DNA of 61,841 bases, the filler included, from Choristocarpus tenellus KU-1152 (lineage: Eukaryota; Protista; Phaeophyceae), in the NCBI GenBank assembly GCA_964200185.2. It is 6 parts of 6 records of this genome, joined end to end, with 100 filler letters (N's around TTAATTAATTAA, not from the genome) between each part and the next. Parts side by side here need not be neighbours in the genome. Positions count along the whole stretch, not along the records: positions 15,999 to 30,702 come from CAXNAD020001131.1; positions 30,803 to 39,296 come from CAXNAD020004650.1; 4 more parts are not named here. One strand, written 5' to 3'. The notes beneath the pieces were generated by a model. That model searched no databases. It was not told the DNA's origin and saw only the letters and a list, made by a program, of their open reading frames with translations. Each line of letters starts with the position of its first letter. The stretch's first letter is position 1. Shown here piece after piece: positions 22,206-37,883 of the stretch. The position numbers and the translations under genes are program-made.

Positions 22206-25154
22206 ATGGCAAGCATGGTGGGAGATACTGATAATATGAGCATCCTGGAAGGCGTGGAAATAAATGAGGAACGCTTCGTGGATCTCCTGGGAAAGCTCAT
22301 TGATGCTGTGGAGACACTACAGAACAATCCCTCCCAGGTTCCTACGACCACTACAAAACCAGACCGTCCTTAGGACATCTTACCCTCGCTCACGATCTCT
22401 GTCCTTTTCCTATTTCAAAGACTCGTTTGTATATTGCAGCATCTGAATCAGCTGTAGGCACGAGGTCCCTGGGGACCGAGATATATTCCTGCCACATGCA
22501 AGCCTTTGTACTGATCCTCCCCTCATCATCTTGGCGTGGTAGGGTATGGTCCCACGAGAAGACAATGCATCCGATCATGTAGTTTCATTGCTGGCACCCT
22601 ACACGAAGGAAAATGGTGGCCCTCTTGAGGTGGAGCGTGTTTATTTCACCCCTGGTAGAGGCAATCTTATAATCAAGTACCCGGGTGAGACGACGTGGAA
22701 GCCTTTTGCTGCGTTCTAACGCATCTATACACCAGAGAAGAAGGATCCTTTCCAATTTTTGGTGAAAGGGTACTAACGTTCTGATTGCGGGCGCTGACCT
22801 TCCAATTTTACCTTTGACACGACTCGACTCCAAACATCAAGCAGGCACGGGGGAGAAGACGGTGACATTCCTCGGCAGTCACCTGGATGTCGTCCCAGCA
22901 AACCCAGAGACATGGGATGTTGATCCCTTTCACATGACACGCGATGGAGACAAGCTCTACGGACGTGGAACGACGGATTGCCTAGGCCACGTAGCAATGA
23001 TTACCGATCTACTCCTCACGTTGGCGGAGAAACGACCGGTGCTCAAGTGCACTGTGTTGGCCGTATTCATCGCCAATGAGGAGAATAGGGAGATTGAAGG
23101 TGTTGGGGTGGATGGACTCCACAGCTCTGGTAAGCTCGACGATCTTGGTATCAAGAACGGCCCCATTTTCTGGGTAGACTCAGCTGATTCGCATCCCTGT
23201 GTTGGCACGGTGGGCAACATGCAGTGGACCATCAAGGCCTATGGCAAACTCTTCCACTCCGGGTTGCCTCACGTGGTGGGCACATGTGATAGTTTTTATC
23301 TGACAAAAGTGTGATCACCTCACATTATATGATGCTGCTATTGATCGGCGCCCTAATAACAGTTATCATCGTTGTTGCCATCCTATATTTAAGACGGTGT
23401 TCCTAGTGTCTAGCACGTTGGAGCATACGGTAATGAAGCATCTAGTCCAGTATGCACTCCATACCTGGCGAAACAGTTACTTCCTCTACCCACTCTGGCA
23501 TCCATAACGGTAGTGATGCCAAATAAACGCACCAACTGATGAACTCATACTCATGATGTACCTAGAGATCTTTTAGAAGCCATCGTATATCTAAAGCCCA
23601 TTTCCGACCTCATGCAGGCTATCAACCCCCTTGAGATGGTGATGGAAGCTGTGGCTGAAGTGCAGAAACGCTTCTACAGGGACTTTCCCCCCCATCCCAA
23701 GGAAGCAAAATACAACTACAAGTGCTCCTCCACAATGAAGCCAACCCAAATGAAGGTGACAGTTTTGGAGCTAAGAGTGTTACTTGGGGTTAGCATGGAG
23801 AAGGAATTGCATTGGAAGTCTGGAATACTTCGCCCTTTTGGCTCAGATATCCAAACGTGGATATCAAATACATCTGAGCACGTCGTCATATTATCACTTT
23901 ACGCTCCCTTTCAACTCATTCAGTCATACGGCACAGATGTATGTCATTGATATCCTTTTTTGTGGGTGCAATTTATACATGAAAAATATCATTTTGTCAT
24001 CACCTTTTCTGGTTAGTTTCAACTTTGTGTAATGATCACATTTAACAGCAAAACCAAAAGAGTTAACCTTGTAGAAGGATTTGCCCTCCCACCTTTTGCG
24101 TGGTAGGTTTCAATGGCATGGGGATGAGATTATATGTGTTGAGACTGGAAGCTCCCAGACATCTGAGTTAGGTCGTGTTCGTCTATCTGTTGTTCCCCGA
24201 GACCTTCTCTTCAGTATCCCTTACACTCTACCCCCCCCCCCCCCCCCCCCCCCCCCCCACACCCCCACCCCGTTGCCCGAGGGGGGGTAAAAAAAAAAAA
24301 ACACACTCCCACAAAAACAAGGGAGGGGNNNNNNNNNNGGTGTTTTTTTTTTTTTTTTTCCCCCCCCCCCCCCTCTTCTATCCCCCCCACACCCCCCCCC
24401 CCCCCCCCCCCCCCCATCCTCTGAAACCTGTCATCAGTGTGCCAGTGGTAGTATAAACCAAATACCACCGCATGCCACTATATCAGGGGATTGCCGTGTT
24501 ACACCTTTCTACGGTGTCAGCATGGTTCAGGAAAAGATAGAGGGCTACGTGGCAGAGATCAATGAGAACCCATCAATCCTACCCTCCCGCGGGGCGTTCT
24601 CCAAGTATGAACTACCTGATGAAGGACGAAAGGGTAGACTGGAGCTCACATGGATAACTGAAGCAGAGGATGGCATTGCATGCAACCTAGTCAGTGAGGG
24701 CGCTAAGGCACTCAATGATGCCACAGCACAGGTACATTAACAGCCGGTACAGGGAGAGGGGGTGTAGAGGAGGGATGGAACAAGAACAAGCTTGCTAGAA
24801 CAGAGCCATCAGAACTGTGTACCCCTCACCAGTGGGAGAACAAGGATGCGTTTCAACTCATGCTTGGATCATGTGCATGATGTGGGTTGCTACTGTTGTG
24901 ATAATCCCTCTATTGTATTACTCATTTTGTGAATTGCTGTGGTCCAGGTACTTGGAGAATCGTCTCCGTATGCCATATCTGGTTCACTTCCCCTGGTGAG
25001 ATGGCTCCAGGATCAAGGTTATGATGTCCAGATCTGCGGTTACGGTCTCAGCTCAAGGTACCATGCAGAGAACGAGTACTGCTGTCTGTCTGACATGGCT
25101 CAGGCAGTGAAGATATTGGCAGGCGTGGTGGCTCGCCTGGACAAGACGGCATGA
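22206..25154 (+). CDS. argE: Acetylornithine deacetylase (peptidase M20 family), 6 exons, ~447 aa
   Basis: Exons 22206-22337, 22543-22684, 22845-23275, 23618-23755, 24438-24731, 24948-25154 join in phase. Metal-binding and family motifs: GSHLDVVP, YGRGTTDCLGH, FIANEE, WVDSAD, HSGLPHVAINPLE, GSINQIP, GSLPLVR, YHAENEYC, typical of the plant/Dictyostelium-type NAOD. Confidence 0.93.
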
Positions 25155-26051
25155 GTAGAGCTAGAATTGACAGGCTGGTGAAGGTGGTCTAGATTGGCAC
25201 ATGGTGATGGAGGGATGACAGTATTCCTGTTGTTGACCTCTAATCAGCACTATTGATGAACTGCCTTGAATGCAGTCTGATGGCACTGTTTTGTGCCGTT
25301 GCAACATAGTATCTTGCCTTCAGGCAAAGGCACTGACCACATACAACATATTGCGTTGTTTGTCAGTTCCAACTTAGACCTTGATTTGTGCTTCTTTTGG
25401 TTAACCTCAAGGACTGCTCCTACGTGCAGGTGGTTCAATGAGCAGGCATTTGAAACAGACGGTTGTCTTCCTTCAAAGTCCCGAATTAATGCCCTCTGTA
25501 CATAGTGAGTTTGGCTTACATATGTTTGGGGAATAAGGTGAACAGTCAGGACAGTAGCCCCCTACCTACACAATAGTTTTTTACTCTCTAGGCAAATGTC
25601 ATTATTTGTTGAGTAGCACACATTTGTGCAGGTTTTAGGTTAAAACTCCCAGTTCCTGTAAATATCATTAAATCATCACTAGAAAGAACTTCTACAGCAA
25701 CTGTGACCCTTCTTCAACACCTGTAAATGGATTTTCACAGGTGTTGGAATGAGCATTTTGTGTTAGTACATTGCGTGTGCTTTTCATGCTTGGCAAGATA
25801 CATGCATAAACTTGCTGCATGCAGAGCCACATAATGACCATTGCGCAAAAACTATTCTAACACAGTTAAGAGAACAGTTTTTTCGAGGTTGAAGCAGGAG
25901 TGAGTCAAAGAGTCATCTCAGTATGGACAAAAGGAATGTAATATACGGTCGATGATGACACCCGTAGAAGTGGGAAGGCAGAAAGAAATCGCAAGTAAGA
26001 CTATCTCTTAGTATAGCTGTAGTTCTAATATTGGTACCACATAGAAAGGCA

Positions 26052-27140
26052 TCATTTCCTACGGCGCTTTTTGCGGTGTCTCGGTCCTTTTGATGCTTTG
26101 AAGTCTGCAGCAGCTTGCAACGACTTGGCTCGAGCTTCGTCATATTTTCGCTTTGACTCCTCAGCGGAGTTGGCAGAGGATCTTTTTGGTCCACGATAAA
26201 CCACTCCTTCTTTTGGGAAGACCTCTTCGGCACCCACGCCGCCTTCAGCAAAGTAATGCTCCAGTATGATGCAGGCAGAAAGAGAGTCAACCTCTATTTT
26301 GCGACTGACCCCGCCCCCATGATAATCCAGCAGCGCCTTGGCCCCAGCTGAGCTGAAACGCTCGTCCCACAAAAACACGCGCGAACCTCTTATCGTCTGT
26401 GCTCCCGTATTTGCCAGAGTAGTCGCAAATGTTCGGGCCATTTTGCACATACCTGTCTCAGTACCATTTCTAAGGGGAAGGGGGTGGGAACGATTGGTGT
26501 TCGTCAGAGTTTGAGAATAGCATCAGGGTATATTTTGATATTAAAATTCTTCGAGCACACTATTGAGAGGCAGAGGCACTACAAGTTAGACTTCTGCAGG
26601 GAAACAGGGAAATAACAAGTAAATGCGACCCAGTACTTAATGCGTTGCCTACCGTTCCAATGGAAGTCCCACCACCATGTCCTTGATGGCTTCCCCACGT
26701 GCAACCTGCACAACACGTAGAGCGACCTCGTAATCATCTCCACGGTTTGTAATGCCAATCTCTGGCCTAGGAGAAATGCCCATGCTCACTGCCAACCCTA
26801 CTCGTGAAGTTCCATAATCTACACCCAATGTCCTTTTCACTCCCACGGTCACGTCTCCTCTATCCATGTCATTGTCTACATTCATGGACACGCCCCCAAG
26901 CCAAGCAGCGGAAGGATCCACTTCATCATCATCCTCACTATCATCGATCTCTTCGGAGTCATTGGCATTCCTTGGGGACTCCTCCAACCCATTCACATGG
27001 TCGACCGCGCAGAGTAAATGTCCTGGAGGCTGTACAACTACTCTACATCCTGGGATTACAAATGCCCCACTTACTCTCAGTACAGCAACAAACATGCTAA
27101 CCGTGATTCCCCAGACGAAAGGTGTCCATTTGGGTGACAT
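26052..27140 (-). CDS. yqgF: YqgF/RuvX-family RNase H-like nuclease (pre-16S rRNA nuclease/Holliday junction resolvase-like), probably plastid-targeted
   Basis: Exons 27140 (or 27185)-26653 and 26469-26052. Motifs: LGVDYGTSRVGLAVS, VVGLPLERNGTE, LWDERFSS, VDSLSACIILEHY. A hydrophobic N-terminus ends VSGA|FVIP, an ASAFAP-like site. Confidence 0.9.
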
Positions 27141-27579
27141 AATCCGTGAATTTGGGGGGTCATTGCTATGCGTCTTGGCTAACATCTTGGGGTCTGAATC
27201 CTTCCTGAGTTCACTTAGTGCGCTTCAACATTTTGGAAAATTTAACCATCAAACACACTTTTTCAGACATTGAACAAATTGTATCTATAGGAGTAGGGGC
27301 AATGCCGAACGCTCTTATTGTGGTGTTGTGTACGTGGTAACGAAAATGTAGTGGTTAACATTGCGGGAGTTCGAAACTCTTCGATATCAAACGATTTTGA
27401 TTATTCTGTTCCCCATATATACCTATATACCTAGACAACTATACTCCCGGCTGTGCCATATCGCAAAAACGTTGGGGTAATATCAGGGTGGAAATCTAGG
27501 TTCTGTGCAGCAGAAGAAGATTATTCAGGGGAGGAAATGAGGCAACAAGTGGTGGATGGGATGGTGGGTGTGGATGGCG

Positions 27580-27866
27580 GGGTGAACTGGTGAGGTGAAC
27601 GTAACATAATAAAATGTGAGAGGCATGACAGGAACTATTAATATGGTGTAAGTATCTATGTCTTGTTTGTACTTTGGACTAAGGATGTACATATACAAGA
27701 AGTGTATCGTTGGTTGAGATGGTGGGTGAACTGGTGAGGTGAGCATAATAACATAAAACGTGAAAGACAAGACAGGAACTATTAATATGGTGTAAGTATC
27801 CATATTTTGTATCTACTTTGGACTAAGGATATGTACATATACAAGTAAATGTATCATTGGTTGGGT
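27580..27866. repeat. Tandem duplication of a ~143-bp unit
   Basis: gggtgaactggtgaggtga...gacaggaactattaatatggtgtaagtatc...tactttggactaaggat..gtacatatacaag occurs twice consecutively. Confidence 0.85.
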
Positions 27867-28454
27867 TTTAGTTGGAAGGAAGCAGTGGAGGCTCATCGTC
27901 AACAGAATTTGTCAGTCACAGTGCAAGTAGCAGTAATCTCTAGCTAGGCGTTTCATGCAATTCAAGCTGGAGACACCGAGTAGGCATGCAAGGCAAGACA
28001 TGACTGACCTGTGGAACTCTTCCCTGGTTTCTGAGATAGACCGCCTTGGTATAAACAAAGTAACGAGAGGTTCTGTTGCAGGTGGCATGTCTTGATGTCA
28101 GTTTCATGAACACCATTATGACCTTGAAGTTCTATATTATATATATTTGTACTTTACTATTTATATATTTTTTAGCGATTACTATGCCCCATTGAGGTGG
28201 TGCATCATTGTTCAGTCCAATTTTGATGACCTGATAGTACCTATGAAGTGAACAATCGAAGTGAGACATCCAGCATATTTGACGACATTTACATTATGGG
28301 GCCTTGTATGAGCCTCATGGTCTACATATAACTTAGTGGATTGGACCTACACAACCCATCATGGTAAGCTTGCGGAGCATTTTGCAACAGTACCCAGAGT
28401 TGCTTTTTAAGGATGCGACAATTATTTGCCAACTTTGGCTTATTTTACAAATGC

Positions 28455-28630
28455 TTACGGGATATTTTCTGAATTGTATGGAGAGGTTTCAAAAAACGGA
28501 GAAGTAACCGCTCTAAAGTAAAACTTAGAACTTCATCCATAGAAATATGGGTGAATCGCAAAGTATTGAAAAACAGACTTTTTAGTGCAGAGCGATCAAA
28601 ACCTGGGTACCTCTCCTTTACTTTGGCTCT
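28455..28630. repeat. Dispersed repeat, second copy at ~29712-29872
   Basis: Both copies share aaacttag(a/c)acttcatccatagaaatatggg(t/c)gaat ... tctc(c/a)tttact(t/c)tggctc. Confidence 0.7.
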
Positions 28631-29314
28631 TTCTTGTTTCCAAATCTTCTTGTTTTCTATTTCTGGTGAAGGGGAACCGGCAATGGCAGGAAAGGACTGA
28701 AGAACATTTTGTTAAAGGGCACCAGATATCATGCGCATAGAAACTGTGATCAATGTGCTGTGAGGAAATATAATTTTACATTTATATATATGAATGTTGT
28801 GCCCTTGCACAATCCTCATAGGGGGTCAGGTACTGTAGGAATGTCGTCACAGCTGCTTTTACAAAACAATTCTTGAAATATTTACTACTCCATGCAGAAG
28901 TCATACACCATCCCAAAAATGTGCTGCATATGCCTGCTTTCTAGTGCTACCAAGTCAAAACGTTTGGTGGGCATAGATATATATATATTAAAATTAGGTC
29001 AAATACTTATGTTTCCCCCTTCCATTAATAATCAAAACGCGCACACAGGGCACAATGCCAGTTCCATAAAGCACCAACTAACTGACGCGGGTCACCATGA
29101 GGAGAGCGCGCAGGGGGCATATATGTACGAGATAATATCTATTCAAGTCTAACATCTAACGTCTCAATTTTCGACATTGATTTATCATCTACTAGCAATT
29201 CACCGTGCTACTGCTTTGTCTAGTCTGCATCAATGAACCACAGGACCAATCGCCACCTACCTATTGAAAGCCACCCTTGAATAGAAGTGCAAAAGACAAA
29301 GTTCATCGTGTCAC

Positions 29315-29514
29315 CTAAGAGCATGATAACTGTCAACATACAACAGCCCCTGTCCCCAATGGTAAGAATTGTATCCCTCGCACAGAGGTCTACCCGCTAG
29401 GACATTTGCATGGGCTGCTCGTATTCCAACTGGGTGAAGACTAGCAAGGGACACTGCAGTGTCCACACAGTTCTCCTTGGTATCCACGAAGCCATCCAAG
29501 TGCTCAGGGTGAAC
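29315..29514 (-). CDS. Putative internal exon of an unidentified gene
   Basis: AAG| ... |GTGAC boundaries enclose an open frame, VHPEHLDGFVDTKENCVDTAVSLASLHPVGIRAAHANVLAGRPLCEGYNSYHWGQGLLYVDSYHAL. No recognisable family. Confidence 0.35.
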
Positions 29515-30249
29515 CTTGTTTGCGACAGGGCAGAGGGCATGGCCACTGTTCAGACAATCATTCAGAGCAAAAAAAACTCAGGTGTTTTAACTTGGAGTGT
29601 GCAATGAGTCAAATTAAACAAAGAAGTACCCAGAGTTGAATATTAGGGATGCTGGGATGCTGGGATGCTGGCAAACACGCGCTAGATTAGGGGGGAGGGT
29701 TGCAAAGGCGTGTAGATATTTTCCAAACTGTTTCGAAAATTTTCAAGCAATAGAGAAATCAACTCTCTCAAGTCAAACTTAGCACTTCATCCATAGAAAT
29801 ATGGGCGAATTGAAAAACCAGCTTAAGGTGCAAAATGGCCAAAAACTGCATGTCTCTCATTTACTCTGGCTCAATATGCATACTGGAGGACTTTCACAAG
29901 TTACAGACTTGGCACCACCAGACCATGGAATATTATCACTCTAGGATTAGTGGAATAAGTCTTTTGTTGCAATCAGCATTTGAACTTTTCCTCTAGTATC
30001 AATACAATGCAAGAACCAAAGAAGTTTCATCATTGAAGCTCTGCAACTTCATGCAAGAACCTGAAGTCCCTTATAGAGGTGACTGGGCTTGGTACAACAT
30101 AATCAAAGCATGCATGAACACTTTGGTATTGTGAGAAAGGCAGAGACATGTTATGCACTATGATCTACCGAATTGAGGTTTGCATCCGGTATGAGGCGAG
30201 GTACACAAATGACTACTATCTGTCACTAGTGACTTTCACTAGAGATGAA

Positions 30250-30425
30250 GGCTCAAAGTATCTGGGAGGGGGGGGGGCGACTGTCCATTTGGGGACAATT
30301 TTTCCATGTTGCAATTTTTGTGTGATTTGGTTGCATGTCTCGGATGGATAATGTCAGTGCAATTTTCCTGGTCAGGGCCCAAATGGACACCCTGGTGTAG
30401 ACCCCCCCCCCGGATACTTTGACCT
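30250..30425. mobile_element. MITE family B copy
   Basis: ggctcaaagtatctggg ... cccggatactttgacc; reverse complement of 20546-20719. Confidence 0.8.
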
Positions 30426-31779
30426 CGAAGAGGAAGCGACCACTAGGCAAGGGGTGAGAGAGAGAGGGGGGAGAGGCCAACAAAGCTGGTTGAGATGCAG
30501 TAGAACAAAGCAATGACTGAGGTTTATTAGTTCAGCCTGAGGGAGTTAGCCCTTTTGAAAAAGTTATTGTTAGAGTCTTGACGTAATGGCCAAAGTATCT
30601 GGGGGGGGGGGGGGGGGGGGGGGGGGATAACCACAGGGGGGCCCCTTGGAACAAAAAAAAGAAAAAGGACAATAAAATAATAATTTATAGAACTCCAACA
30701 AANNNNNNNNNNNNNNNNNNNNNNNNNNNNNNNNNNNNNNNNNNNNTTAATTAATTAANNNNNNNNNNNNNNNNNNNNNNNNNNNNNNNNNNNNNNNNNN
30801 NNCCCTAGTGTAGACCCCCCCCCCATCCCAGATATCTTGGGTCACACATGAACTATAACTATTTCTTCTACTACGTGTGGGGATGATAGCCGGTACTAAT
30901 AATATACACATAGATAAATGGACGAACAGGAATGACTTGGTTTATAGAGTACGTGAGCAGGACCCCAACAACTAGTGAGATAATAGGAAGTAGGACTCAT
31001 CCTTTAAGATTTTGCCAAAAAGAAACTCTACAGAATAGGTACTGGGATATACAAACTCACGAATAGATGGGCGGATGGGTGGACAAAAATGGTATTTTTT
31101 TTAATGGTACGTACATGAGAGGTAAAAACATCACCTAGAGCTGACTAGAATTTTTCAGTTTTTTTTTAACGAATATGTTTGGAACTGGTTGGTTTTGCTG
31201 CAAATTATGCATGTGAGAAGAATGCACAGAGTTGGTGTTACGAAGGTTGTTAATTTTCCAGGATTTCTTCAATTTTGGAACATGGATGGGTGACCGTATG
31301 GATAATTGTCCTCTTAATATAATATACAGACACGGACGGGTGGACGGGCAGGTATTTATTGTTTTTTGTGGTACGTAAATGAGAGAGGCAGTATATGTAA
31401 CTTGCATGCAGCAACAATACCAGAAAAAAACATGGACAGGAATTGCTTGGTTTTATATACTAGGTACTTGAGAGGGAAGGACTGCTTTTTTAAGATGACA
31501 AATCATGACTTGATAAACCATTCCATCTCCAACTATCACAGTGTCCCTTACTTAACAGGTTTTAGATCTGTTAATGTAGTGGTGTTATATATTGTGTTTT
31601 CCCGAACAGCCACTATTTAAAAAAAATCAAAGGCCATCCCATTCTCGAAAGCTTTTACCATTTTTTATCCTAATAATAATAAAATAGTGTATCATAAAGG
31701 TATCCTCTCCCATTTCCAGCATTGTTGCCATGTCCTTCTCTCTTTCCCTTTTCCTTTTTTTCTCTTTCTTCTGGGGGTC

Positions 31780-32200
31780 CTTCCTTGAGTGGTTGAGCTT
31801 TCCCCCATCACTGCATTATCTTGTGCATGTTTATGGCAATTACAAGCCTTGTGCCCTCTCATTCCACGATCATTACAGAGATTGTGTAAGATCCAGAATG
31901 GGGAGAAAAATGAGGAAAAAAAGGTTGAAAATGCCGACCTCCACACTCTCAGCCCTCTCCAAGTCCAGGTTGCTGACTCCGAAATTTCCCTCTAGTTCCA
32001 GCTTTCGTAGAGGAAGTACCCGACATCAATATCCCACTATAGCTGTCTAGCTGTCTGGTTTGTAGACGTTTCTGCATTCCATTAGTCCCACAAGCTCCAC
32101 TCTGCAGCTCGATCCTGACAGCGTGCCACCACCCTCCCACTTGTCGTATCTCGATAAAGTATTCCTCCGCCAACACAATTGTACATAGTAGTCAATTGAC
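31780..32200 (-). mobile_element. Possible highly degenerate LTR-retrotransposon integrase remnant
   Basis: The minus-strand VRIELQSGACGTNGMQKRLQTRQLDSYSG loosely resembles the integrase zinc-binding (H2C2) region. There are many stops. Confidence 0.2.
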
Positions 32201-34021
32201 ATCGAAGAATATATTATTCTATAATGTCATCACAACTCAAGAAGAAGGGTTCCAAAGGGTCTCATCTAACCCTTCACATGGATTTTTTTTTGTAGTTATC
32301 CACTATCAATCTAACCAAGCCATTAACATTCATAAGTAACCTGGCCACTGCTATCCTTGTTTCTTGCACGCCTCTTCTAGTCCATCCCAATTAGTCAAAT
32401 CTTCTCAAACCCACCATAACGTGATCTATAGTGAGGAGACCTTCTTTCCACCCACTCATGGATAACTCATAAGAAACCTCTTCTCGTAAGTGTGAGATCC
32501 TTCCCTCTGGTCTTCGCCACTGTACACCTGAAACTTGACAGGAATTGGGATTGGACGCTGCAGGCCCTCTCCTTCAGTCGTGGTTTGGGTTGGGGTTCTC
32601 CTAACTGTTCCTCTTCATCATCGTAGAACCTGGCTTAAACTTCTTCACCTTCATTTTCTATTGCTATAGCTCGGGCTATGGCTCTCTCAACTGCACCCGC
32701 TCTGAACCACATCCGACCTTACCGATGGCTGCTTCCATTCTGATTCCTTCTTCAATCGATTCACACTAGCCTTCAGACCTCAGCACACTATGAAGAGATT
32801 TGCCTAGAATTTCAAAAAGTTGTTTCCAAAGACTTGTGTATGTAAATATCTTGAATATTTCCCAACTAGCTGGAAAGGGTGAGGGTGTAGAACGGAGAAG
32901 AGAGGAAAGAACCTTGTCAATAAAAAGGGGGCGCCACCTTGCCAGCAATCCTACCTTAGAACTGCTGTTGATTGTATTAATATCTCACACCTCACACACC
33001 TTTGTCGTTCTCTTCATCACTTATTTGACTGTTTCTTATGTAGTCTTTAGCGTAAGAGTCAAAAACATATTCTTGACCATCCTATCCACTTAAGTGTACA
33101 GGAATGGGATAGATTTCCTACACTTTTCTAATGGGACTAGTGCAAGTACGTGATCAATTTCTGTTCCTCCAATGAACCTCCGTAATACTTCTATTGTAAA
33201 CAATCAACTATACATCCTCCTATGAATTAGTCCTTTTCTAATAAGTATTTGGACATATCTGATAGGAAGTTATTCTTCCATCTCCTTGATATCTAATGAG
33301 AGGATTTATGCAAAGTCATTCATAATTAAAGGTTCTATGTAGGAATTTCCTACTTTCTCATCTTCATACAAACAAACTAGATGTTTGAAGGATGAGGAAA
33401 AAGTACAAATAGTTTCCCAGGAACCGTTTTCTTTGTTGGTATTGAAGGGATTGGACAATAGTAGCAATATATTTTTCTATTATTATTTAAACTGCGGGTG
33501 AGAGTTAACAGAAATGACTGGTTCTCATTAGGTAGAGGGTGAATGTTGTTCGTGTTCGTTTCTCCTCACCTTCAACTGTGTGATGTTGTTGGAAAAACAG
33601 AACAAAGTGAATTGTTTCGGCATTTCCTCTTGGATGCTGTATTCTTGAGGTTCAGTCTATGATATGTTACAAATTTTTGTGTCGTACGTCACTTAGGATG
33701 TAGGAAAGTGTGTATTACATAGTAGGGTGTTTGCAAGCAGGATATGTGTAAACGTTTGCTTAGATTTTGAAAATGAACCATTTTAAAGGCAGCCTCCATA
33801 CCACAAACAATGCTTATATGCAGAAGAACCAATAAAATCGATTGAGGTCGTTCGTTGACACTTACTGTCCTATTATACAACTGTGTATGTACATAAAAGT
33901 ACATTTTTGGAAACTCAAAATGACATACAGATGCGTAGACATAGAGGCAAGCTTGCACATCCAACACATCAGAGTAGATGCTGTTGGATATTCCACTGAA
34001 ATATTACCCCATGCACTGTAG

Positions 34022-36139
<2,118 letters not shown>

Positions 36140-37356
36140 GTGAGAAAGCAAGTATCTGGGAATGTTCCTGTAGTTGTCCTGTTGAGACTTGATTGACCTT
36201 GGGTTTAGAACTGTCCTATGTCACTTATGATGTTGGGAGGTTTTTAGGGGGGTGGGTGGGACTTGCAGTGCTTTACTCCAAACCGACTCTTAGCTGCAGT
36301 TTCGTGACCTTTTCTGAACTTCGGACCTGGTCCTGTCAACAGATACATCCCCCGAGCATACCTGTGAGCAGTCATGTCATTCTTTTTTTTGCCTCAGCCT
36401 GGCCCAGGTAAATCACACATTTTCCAGGCTCGAACCTGTCAAAAACGGCACTCTCGATAGGTAGTACTAGGTGGTGCTATGTTGTATATAACAGTACAAT
36501 AGAGACAACATAAAATATTACCTACATTGGGTGGTACTACATGTTATATGTTTTACGTTATGTTCCATTGGTCAACAACTGCCATGTAGTACAATCTCAT
36601 ACTCAAAAAGCACCATGCAATGTCTTACTATTTTTATATTACGTAAGAATACGGATACAGAGGGTGTACCTATATAAGAGAGGCTGATATAAGAGAAAAC
36701 GGGACATAAAAGAGGGTGAATTGCCTTGTCACGACTTTTCAGCTTAAAAGAGAGGTTTTGGTGTTTTCCTGCCAATTCTCTCTTCTATCAAGCAAACTTT
36801 CATTTTTTTTACTACTTGAAAGACAGGTTTCCCAAAAAGCCATGTCTAAGTTAAGCAAAATATAACAAAGTAAGGAACGAAGCTGCTCAAGACCAGCAGT
36901 ACACAACATAGCAGTCTTTTATCTCTCAGTACCGCATAGTACAGTACATACAGTATAACACATCAAGTTTAGATGACTGCATTGTACAAATATAACGATG
37001 CCCTGTGCAGTGGGATCCAGCTGCAACATACAGGGTAATACTCCAGGTATTCCTGGTATCCTCCACTACCGTACTCTCAAGTGGCTGGCGAGTTTGTAGG
37101 CTTAGAAACAACCGCCGAAGAGTGTAGCATCAATGATATTTCATACTATCTCCACAAAGCAAAGCTGAATTGACTCAGTGCAATTTGGGCAAAGGCAATC
37201 AAACAAGAGGACATCTGCAATTTTTATAACCGTCACGATTTTTTTGTTAGCGAAGTTGTTTTACTCAGTGCGTGCAATGGGGGGTACGTGGCGGTGCAGC
37301 TGCATTTGGCTTACGTTGGCGTTTTTGATACTGTACTGCATAATATCCTTGTAGAG

Positions 37357-37883
37357 TGGAATTGAATACGTAGGGCAGGGCATCAGAGGGAAATTGGCTT
37401 TGAACGTTGATTTGATTTGAACTGTGAGTCGTCTATCCAGCCATCCAATGACTTGCGGATGCTTTTCTTGGGAAGATGTACTATACATACGAGTGAATAC
37501 ATAATACTGAGTGCAACTTACCAAAGTTACAGTACTTTATACATATGACAGTGGTATACTGTGCAGGGGTGGTGTAGATGTGGTGCTTGCTGCACTACCA
37601 CAGCTCCATTAAAATGGGCACACCGAGGGCAATGTTCAATACATATCTACCTGTAACTACTCTTGAAGGCATGTGGGAAACACATACAGCAAGGGCATTG
37701 CTCTGTCGTTGTTCGGTCACAAGTACAAAGTACCTACAAGTACTGCTGCTCAATATAACATAGGTTTCTCTTATCATGATCCCTTGATTTAAGAGAAAAG
37801 CGTTCTTTATATAAATAAAAGAGGATTGGGATCTAAGAGAGGGTTCTTTCGCTTACCCCTACCCTCTCTTTTTATGGGTACAC
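37357..37883 (+). mobile_element. LTR-like repeat, copy of the 3' part of 148-959
   Basis: Long collinear similarity to ~433-960, for example ggggtggtgtagatgtggtgcttgctgcac and gggcaatgttcaatacatatcta. Confidence 0.65.

Noticed and set aside
22206-27140. Bacterial-like argE and yqgF adjacency as an operon or contamination
   Set aside because: Both genes contain spliceosomal introns, are convergent, and resemble eukaryotic forms (plant-type NAOD; a targeting peptide on YqgF).
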